Shown here piece after piece: positions 58,015 to 64,000 of a stretch of 64,000 nt of DNA (within the stretch, counting starts at the first letter, position 1; each line of letters opens with the position of its first letter). Both the position numbers and the translations under genes were made by a program. The DNA comes from SAR86 cluster bacterium AG-422-E19. GTDB lineage: Bacteria; Pseudomonadota; Gammaproteobacteria; Magnimaribacterales; AG-339-G14. The stretch is from assembly GCA_003213595.1 (NCBI GenBank), contig QCMR01000002.1, positions 64,015 to 128,014 of the forward strand, in the 5' to 3' direction. Under the pieces are notes generated by a model. The model saw only the letters and a list, made by a program, of their open reading frames with translations, was not told where the DNA came from and did no database searches.

Positions 58015-58755
58015 TTATTGCTCAAGTTCATCAAAAAATTCTTCCAAAAGAGCTTTTTCTTCAGGTGACAATTTGATTTTTTCTAGAAGATCTTTTCTTC
58101 TCGAAGCGGTAATTCCTAGCATCTGTTTCTTTCGCCATTGTTCTATAACTGCATGATTTCCAGATAATAATTCTTTTGGCACATCACCCAATTTCATTTT
58201 TTCAGGCCTAGTATATTGAGGATATTCTAATAGTCCTCCGGAGAAAGATTCTTGCTCAAGAGATGCGTGGTCTCCCAAGACTCCCCCAATATTCCTCGTG
58301 ATAGCATCAAATACTACTAAAGCTGGTAGCTCTCCACCGGAGAGAACATAATCACCAATGCTTATCTCGTCATCCACATAATGATCAATGATTCTCTGAT
58401 CAATTCCTTCATAGCGACCACAAATAAATATTATATTTTTCTCCGAGGCCAGAGTCTCAGCAGTTTTTTGAGTAAATGGCTTGCCTTTTGGAGATAAATA
58501 AATAATTTTGCTTTCTGTTCTATCAAATTTAGAAGTTGCATCGTCTATGGCTTTCATTAAAGGTTCAGATTTCAAAAGCATTCCCGGACCACCGCCATAA
58601 ACTTTGTCATCAATCCTTTCTTTGATCTTAAGATAATCTCTAGGATTTATCGTTTCAAAAGATATCAAAGACTTTTCGATAGCTCTTTTGGTTATGCTCT
58701 CATTCAATGCAGATCTTATGATTTCAGGAAACAAGGAAATAAAAATAAAATTCAT
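58015..58755 (-). CDS. trmD: tRNA (guanine37-N1)-methyltransferase
   Basis: GRYEGIDQR and SIGDYVLSGGE motifs. Confidence 0.95.
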   Translation of the reverse strand: MNFIFISLFPEIIRSALNESITKRAIEKSLISFETINPRDYLKIKERIDDKVYGGGPGMLLKSEPLMKAIDDATSKFDRTESKIIYLSPKGKPFTQKTAETLASEKNIIFICGRYEGIDQRIIDHYVDDEISIGDYVLSGGELPALVVFDAITRNIGGVLGDHASLEQESFSGGLLEYPQYTRPEKMKLGDVPKELLSGNHAVIEQWRKKQMLGITASRRKDLLEKIKLSPEEKALLEEFFDELEQ

Positions 58756-59265
58756 TTAAATCTCCCAATCTACATAAATGGTTTTTTCTGTAACCTCCAG
58801 AATTACTTGCTTCATGATAAAAGGAATCAAGATATCTTCTTGATTAGGATTTTTAATTATTAGCACATCATTAGAGCCTGTTTCCATAAGAGAATGGACC
58901 CTGCCTAAGGTTTTCTCAGAGCTTCGAATGATTACCTCTAAACCAATTAGATCATTCCAATAAAACTTATCCTCTGTTTCGGGGAGATCTGATTTAGGAA
59001 TAAATATTTCTTTACCTTTAAAAGTTTTTTCAGCTTCTTCAAGAGAATTACAATTATTCAAGAAAATGATTAAATTTTTTCCGGAAGTAGTTATTTTTTT
59101 TACTTCTAATTCAACAAATTGGGAACTCTCTTTCATGAAGAAAGAGTTGTAGGATTCTATATTTTCAGGAGGTCTTGTGAAGGAATTTAATTTGATACTT
59201 CCTTTAAGACCGATTGGACGGCCAAAATTTCCTACCAAAATGAAATCATCATCTTGGTAGGTCAT
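58756..59265 (-). CDS. rimM: 16S rRNA processing protein RimM
   Basis: Has the RimM N-domain and PRC barrel, and lies between rpsP and trmD. Confidence 0.9.
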   Translation of the reverse strand: MTYQDDDFILVGNFGRPIGLKGSIKLNSFTRPPENIESYNSFFMKESSQFVELEVKKITTSGKNLIIFLNNCNSLEEAEKTFKGKEIFIPKSDLPETEDKFYWNDLIGLEVIIRSSEKTLGRVHSLMETGSNDVLIIKNPNQEDILIPFIMKQVILEVTEKTIYVDWEI

Positions 59266-59274
59266 TTTGATAAT

Positions 59275-60336
59275 TTATTTATCGTCTTTAGAGTCGTCAG
59301 ATGTGAATGCGTCTTTGACAGCATCAATTGCATCACCGACTGCATCAGCAGCGCCTTCAGCAACATCTTTCACAGCATCAACTGCATCTTCAACAACATC
59401 TTCAGCAGTTTCGACAACGTCTTCAACTACATCAACTGCGCCTTCAGCTACATCTGTTACTGCTTCAACTGCATCTTCAGCAACATCAACTGCAGTTTCG
59501 ACAACGTCTTCGGCAACATCTACTGCACCTTCAGCTACGTCTTTTACTGCTTCAACAACATCACCTTCAGCAAGATCACCTGCCACTTCTTTTGCTGTAT
59601 CAACAACATCGCCAGCAACATCAGCTGCACCTTCGGCAACATCTTTAACGGCATCAACTGCGTCTCCAACAACATCTTCAGCGGTCTCAACAACATCGCC
59701 AGCTACATTAGCAGCTCCTTCAGCGACATCAGTTACTGCTTTAGCAGCGTCTTCAACAACATCTTCTGCAGTTTCTACTACTTCTTCAGCAACATTAACT
59801 GCGCCTTCAGCTACATCTGTTACAGCTTCAGCAGCACCTTCGGCTACGTCTTTTGTACCTTCTGCAACCTTATCGATAATATCTTCAGTTTTTTCCATTA
59901 GATTATCCTCATTATTTGATTGGTTATTATTATTGGTACTTTTTGGTTCTGTATTTTCTGTCTCAGCCGAGACTCCTTCTCCTTCTGATGGACTCTCTGC
60001 AGTATCTGCTTCAGAGGCTGCAGATTTTTTCTTTTCAAGTTTCACTAACCTGAGTTTTTCTTTCTTTGCAATTAATTGATTGAAGTCTTCTGTTGAAAGT
60101 TTTGACTCTTTTATCAAAGTCTTTACTCTTTCGGTAACTTGAGCTCCTTTGCTTACCCAATAGTCCAATCTTTCATGATCTATGTTAAGTCTGTCATTTT
60201 GAGCTGAGGCAATTGGATTAAAAAACCCCACCCTTTCGATGTATTTGCTATCTCGAGCTCTGCGTGAGTCCGCGACTGTGATATGAAAATAAGGACGCTT
60301 TTTGGCGCCTCCTCTGGCTAGTCTTATAGTTACCAT
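59275..60336 (-). CDS. rpsP: 30S ribosomal protein S16 with ~270-aa acidic repeat C-terminal extension
   Basis: The start is at [19 protein letters not shown] (ATG 60334-60336). The canonical bS16 core ends near aa 82, but the frame stays open to 353 aa. The track ORF start at 60420 is an upstream artefact. Confidence 0.85.
   Translation of the reverse strand: MVTIRLARGGAKKRPYFHITVADSRRARDSKYIERVGFFNPIASAQNDRLNIDHERLDYWVSKGAQVTERVKTLIKESKLSTEDFNQLIAKKEKLRLVKLEKKKSAASEADTAESPSEGEGVSAETENTEPKSTNNNNQSNNEDNLMEKTEDIIDKVAEGTKDVAEGAAEAVTDVAEGAVNVAEEVVETAEDVVEDAAKAVTDVAEGAANVAGDVVETAEDVVGDAVDAVKDVAEGAADVAGDVVDTAKEVAGDLAEGDVVEAVKDVAEGAVDVAEDVVETAVDVAEDAVEAVTDVAEGAVDVVEDVVETAEDVVEDAVDAVKDVAEGAADAVGDAIDAVKDAFTSDDSKDDK
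59317..59889 (-). repeat. about 6.5 imperfect tandem copies of an 87-bp (29-aa) coding repeat inside rpsP
   Basis: The unit is [29 protein letters not shown] and variants. The same periodicity produces the spurious + strand ORFs 59254-60079. Confidence 0.85.
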
Positions 60337-60438
60337 AAATCTCTTTGAGAAAGGTATTCTAAGTAATTTAATTTTGTATTCAAGTAAAACCTTCCTATAA
60401 TTGTAAAAAAATGCAAACAATTCACATAATTCCTACAA

Positions 60439-61719
60439 TTGGCTGACGTTAATCCCTGGATGCTCTTTTCAAGCATCGTTTTTCTGCTATTTCTTTCTGC
60501 TTTTTTCTCTGGAGTAGAAACGGCTATGATGTCCTTAAATAGGTATCGTCTTAAACATTTGGTTAAAGAAAACGATAAAGGAGCTATTAGAGCTGATAAA
60601 CTTTTAAAGAGACCCGATAGATTACTTGGTGTTATTCTCATAGGTAATAATTTTGTCAATATTCTTGCAGCTTCACTAACGACTGTCCTTTGTTTAAATT
60701 TATTTGGAGATAGTGGCGTTGTAATAGGTTCTATAGTCTTAACTTTAATAATTTTAGTATTCGCTGAAATCACTCCAAAGACTTTTGCAGCATTGAATTC
60801 AGAAAAAGTTGCTCTTCCAGCATCTCTAATTCTTAAATACTTGCAAAAAATACTCAGGCCTTTGGTGTTATTTGTTAATTTCTTTTCAAACTTTTTTATG
60901 AGGCTATTGGGAACAAAAGAAACAACAATCAATGAAGATTTATCGCCTGAAGAGTTAAAGAGTGTTTTGGAAAACTCCGGAGATTTAATTCCAAAGAAAT
61001 ATCAAGACATGTTAATCAGTGTTTTGGAGCTAGATAAAGTTTCTGTAGATGAGGTCATGACACAAAGAAGTGAAGTAATTGGAATAGATATAAATCTACC
61101 AATAGAAAATATTCTGAGTAACCTTCAAAATAATCAAAAAGATTTTTTACCTGTTTATAATGAATCTCTTGACGATCTAAGAGGAGTTATAGATCTTTAT
61201 GGAATCACTGCTTTTCTTTCAAATGAAGACAAATCAATTGAAAGTTTAATTGAATCTTTAGATGAAGCCTATTTCATTCCAGAGAACACACCTTTAAGCA
61301 CACAACTTTTCAATTTTCAAAAAAATAAAAAGACAGTTGCAGTAATCATTGATGAATATGGATCTGTTAAGGGACTGGTTACAATCAAAGACGTCCTTGA
61401 AGAAATTGTTGGTGAGCTAGCTACAGATATCGATAGAGAGACAGTAGAAATTATGGAACAAAAGGATGGGAGTTATTTAATTGATGCTTCGATCCCTTTG
61501 AGAGAGCTAAACAAAAAACTAAATTGGCAGCTTCCAATAAATGGAGCTAAAACCTTGAATGGATTAATTATTGATCAAGTTGAAACGATTCCTGAAAACA
61601 ATATCAAAATAGAAATAGACAATTACGCTATCGAAACTGTATTGATTAGAAATAATATGATTAAAATCGCAAGAGTTCTTCAAATCGTAGAAGAAGATGA
61701 AGAACTCAGCGATGATTGA
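60439..61719 (+). CDS. CNNM/HlyC-CorC family transporter (DUF21 + CBS pair + CorC_HlyC)
   Basis: The N-terminal membrane domain carries FFSGVETAM. A CBS pair region and a C-terminal transporter-associated domain follow. The start is TTG 60439 or ATG 60460. Confidence 0.85.
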   Translation: MADVNPWMLFSSIVFLLFLSAFFSGVETAMMSLNRYRLKHLVKENDKGAIRADKLLKRPDRLLGVILIGNNFVNILAASLTTVLCLNLFGDSGVVIGSIVLTLIILVFAEITPKTFAALNSEKVALPASLILKYLQKILRPLVLFVNFFSNFFMRLLGTKETTINEDLSPEELKSVLENSGDLIPKKYQDMLISVLELDKVSVDEVMTQRSEVIGIDINLPIENILSNLQNNQKDFLPVYNESLDDLRGVIDLYGITAFLSNEDKSIESLIESLDEAYFIPENTPLSTQLFNFQKNKKTVAVIIDEYGSVKGLVTIKDVLEEIVGELATDIDRETVEIMEQKDGSYLIDASIPLRELNKKLNWQLPINGAKTLNGLIIDQVETIPENNIKIEIDNYAIETVLIRNNMIKIARVLQIVEEDEELSDD

Positions 61720-61720
61720 C

Positions 61721-62404
61721 TTAGATATAAAAAACTAAGCCAGAAAAAATAATAGTTAAGATAAAGCTTGAAGTTATAACTGATCTCACGGATGCAATAA
61801 CAGGAAACATCTTTCCATAGATTGCATTCAACTCAATCAAAAGAACCGCAGCTACGACAATCCAAAAATCATAACCTAAATAACCTGCAATGGGTCCCCC
61901 CGCGGCAGATTGATCGATTAAAAGATACGATTTTGGGTAAGATGCCGTTCCACCATGAGCTGAAGAAACCATGAAATAAAGCATTGGCAAAGAAAGTAAA
62001 GTATTTGTCCTGGAAGCTAGACCAGCTTTAGCACCAGCAGCCGCTGCATCTCCTTCTTTAAGGCCGATAACAATCTTTTGATTGCGCCAAATGATTCCCC
62101 AAACATTCAACATCATGATGATTCCCATTAATGACCCTAAAGTTATAGCTGTTGTAATCGCTCGTTCTTGAACATACAAAAGATATAAACCTGTTAAAAA
62201 AGTTAAAAAAGCAGCCCATCTAAACCACCAAAGCGCATTGGGTGCTAATTTTTTCATAACATCTGCTTTAGCATCAGGATCTGCGACTTTTACATATTCT
62301 GTTTGCACAAAATTAAAATAATATAAAAGCCCTATCCAGGCTATACCAACTAAGATGTGTCCCCATCTCACTAGGACATTGTATAAATATAGTTCTATTT
62401 CCAT
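61721..62404 (-). CDS. integral membrane protein of unknown function (about 6 TM)
   Basis: VRWGHILVGIAWIGLLYYFNF recalls the N-terminal membrane region of PuuD-type proteins. No cytochrome c domain is present. Confidence 0.45.
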   Translation of the reverse strand: MEIELYLYNVLVRWGHILVGIAWIGLLYYFNFVQTEYVKVADPDAKADVMKKLAPNALWWFRWAAFLTFLTGLYLLYVQERAITTAITLGSLMGIIMMLNVWGIIWRNQKIVIGLKEGDAAAAGAKAGLASRTNTLLSLPMLYFMVSSAHGGTASYPKSYLLIDQSAAGGPIAGYLGYDFWIVVAAVLLIELNAIYGKMFPVIASVRSVITSSFILTIIFSGLVFYI

Positions 62405-62449
62405 TAGATCTCCCTCTTTAAAACTTTATTATATTCTAAAACCGTAAAA

Positions 62450-62485
62450 TAAAAAAAAGAGGCCTAACATGGCCTCTTTTTTTTC
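62450..62485 (-). terminator. rho-independent terminator after groEL
   Basis: agaggcc-taacat-ggcctct with an A8/T8 run on either side. Confidence 0.75.
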
Positions 62486-62497
62486 AACAGAAGATTT

Positions 62498-64000
62498 TTA
62501 CATCATTCCGTCCATGCCGCCCATTCCTGGAGGCATTCCGCCTGGCATTCCGCCACCAGCATTTTCTTCAGGAATATCAGAAACCATGGCTTCAGTGGTG
62601 ATCATCAAACCCGCAACTGAACCTGCTGCTTGTAGAGCAGTTCTTGTTACTTTTGCTGGATCTAAGATACCCATCTTAATCATGTCGCCATACTCAGATG
62701 TTGCAGCATTAAACCCATGATTGCCTTTTTCGGATTTAATTTTATCTACTACAACCGATGCTTCTTCACCTGCATTGAGTACGATTTGTCTGATAGGAGC
62801 TTCCATAGCTTTTAAAGCAATTGAAATACCTATGTTTTGATCTTCGTTATCTCCTTTAAGGCCCTCAGAAGATTGTAATGCTCTAATTAAAGCTACTCCT
62901 CCGCCTGGAACAACTCCCTCCTCGACAGCTGCTCTAGTTGAATGCAAAGCATCTTCAACCCTAGCCTTCTTTTCTTTCATCTCAATTTCTGAACCTGCTC
63001 CAACTTTAATTACAGCAACTCCTCCAGCTAGCTTAGCTACTCTCTCTTGAAGCTTCTCTCTGTCATAATCTGATGAAGTTTCTTCAATTTGAGCTCTAAT
63101 CTGGTTAACTCTTCCAGAAATGTTGTCTTGAGAGCCTGCGCCATCAATCACGGTAGTATTTTCTTTTGAGAGAACTACTTTTTTAGCTGTTCCAAGAGAT
63201 TCTATGGTTGCTCCTTCTAAATTAAGACCAACTTCTTCAGAAATTACTGTTCCTCCAGTAAGAATAGCTATATCTTCCAACATAGCTTTTCTTCTGTCTC
63301 CAAAACCTGGTGCTTTACAGGCAGAAACTTTTACAACACCTCTCATGTTATTAACAACTAACGTTGCAAGGGCTTCGCCTTCAACATCTTCTGCAATAAT
63401 AAGAAGAGATTTTCCAGCTTTTGCTACAGCTTCTAACAAAGGTAAAAGTTCTCTGATATTTGAAATTTTCTTATCGTGGAGAAGAATCATAGGATCTTCT
63501 AATTCCGTAATCATTTTATCTTGGTTGTTTATGAAATACGGAGAAAGATATCCACGATCAAACTGCATTCCTTCGACAACTTCTAATTCGTTTTCAATAC
63601 CGCTAGCTTCTTCGACTGTTATAACGCCTTCTTTTCCAACCTTTTCCATAGCTTCAGCAATGATGTCTCCAACTTCACCATCACTATTAGCGGAAATGGT
63701 ACCAACTTGAGCTATAGCAGTACTGTCGGCACAAGGCTCAGACATGCTTTGAATGCTTTCAACAGCTTTTGTTACTGCCTTGTCTATGCCTCTTTTAAGA
63801 TCCATAGGATTGAAACCAGCCGCAACAGATTTTAAGCCTTCATTAACAATTGCTTGAGCAAGAACAGTAGCAGTGGTAGTTCCATCACCAGCTGCATCTG
63901 AAGTTTGCGAAGCAACTTCTTTAACCATTTGAGCACCCATATTTTCAAATTTATCTTGTAGCTCAACTTCTTTAGCTACAGAAACTCCATCTTTTGTTAC
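62498..64000 (-). CDS. groEL: chaperonin GroEL, N-terminus beyond window edge
   Basis: [12 protein letters not shown] and the C-terminal GGM repeat tail ([18 protein letters not shown]). The frame stays open upstream of the track's Met at 63940: positions 63941-64000 read ...[20 protein letters not shown]. Confidence 0.95.
   Translation of the reverse strand, partial: VTKDGVSVAKEVELQDKFENMGAQMVKEVASQTSDAAGDGTTTATVLAQAIVNEGLKSVAAGFNPMDLKRGIDKAVTKAVESIQSMSEPCADSTAIAQVGTISANSDGEVGDIIAEAMEKVGKEGVITVEEASGIENELEVVEGMQFDRGYLSPYFINNQDKMITELEDPMILLHDKKISNIRELLPLLEAVAKAGKSLLIIAEDVEGEALATLVVNNMRGVVKVSACKAPGFGDRRKAMLEDIAILTGGTVISEEVGLNLEGATIESLGTAKKVVLSKENTTVIDGAGSQDNISGRVNQIRAQIEETSSDYDREKLQERVAKLAGGVAVIKVGAGSEIEMKEKKARVEDALHSTRAAVEEGVVPGGGVALIRALQSSEGLKGDNEDQNIGISIALKAMEAPIRQIVLNAGEEASVVVDKIKSEKGNHGFNAATSEYGDMIKMGILDPAKVTRTALQAAGSVAGLMITTEAMVSDIPEENAGGGMPGGMPPGMGGMDGMM

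Noticed and set aside
59317-59889. Regular ~87-bp repeats as a possible CRISPR or satellite array
   Set aside because: The copies are contiguous with no unique spacers, keep one open reading frame, and diverge mainly at synonymous or conservative positions. This is a coding tandem repeat.
59254-60079. Long + strand ORFs (215, 270 and 106 aa) rich in Ser/Thr/Ala or Cys/Phe/Asn opposite the S16 tail
   Set aside because: They are antisense mirror images of the 87-bp coding repeat. They are low-complexity, have no RBS, and lie opposite a gene with a bona fide ribosomal N-terminus.
60330-60932. 200-aa minus-strand ORF
   Set aside because: It is antisense to the well-supported CNNM/CorC gene, has no motif, and its composition is typical of shadow ORFs. 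The same reasoning applies to the other short antisense ORFs in the track, e.g. 253-552, 3477-3764, 7076-7504 and 63204-63710.

Overview
AT-rich, very gene-dense chromosomal segment. Many genes abut or overlap by 1-12 nt. I found no rRNA, CRISPR array, transposase or prophage. Gene order is gammaproteobacterial: yajC-secD-secF, rpoE-rseA-mucD-lepA-lepB-rnc-era-recO-acpS-adk, sdhE/ygfZ, trmJ/suhB, nrdAB, lysS-prfB, xerD-dsbC-alaC-hom-thrC, and rpsP-rimM-trmD-rplS. With a blue-tuned proteorhodopsin, a TonB-dependent receptor, glnK-amtB and a cluster of acyl-CoA/lipid catabolic genes, this looks like a streamlined marine photoheterotroph, possibly SAR86-like. That taxonomic guess is inference only. 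Most of the window is ordinary housekeeping. The items worth a second look are: (1) ribosomal protein S16 fused in-frame to a ~270-aa acidic 29-aa tandem-repeat tail; (2) an orphan unit between suhB and secF with a ~200-nt structured leader and a 54-aa triple-YRG micro-protein missed by the ORF track; (3) a split ACAD + APH-kinase + small-protein module resembling LvaC/LvaA/LvaB and mammalian ACAD10/11; (4) three DnaA boxes between ung and an OYE gene; (5) a bacterial alternative oxidase about 1 kb from proteorhodopsin; (6) two housekeeping genes, era and mdh, each broken by a 1-nt homopolymer frameshift, contrasting with the genuine programmed +1 frameshift in prfB. I cannot point to a clearly new multi-gene system. 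Items 1-3 are the best candidates.
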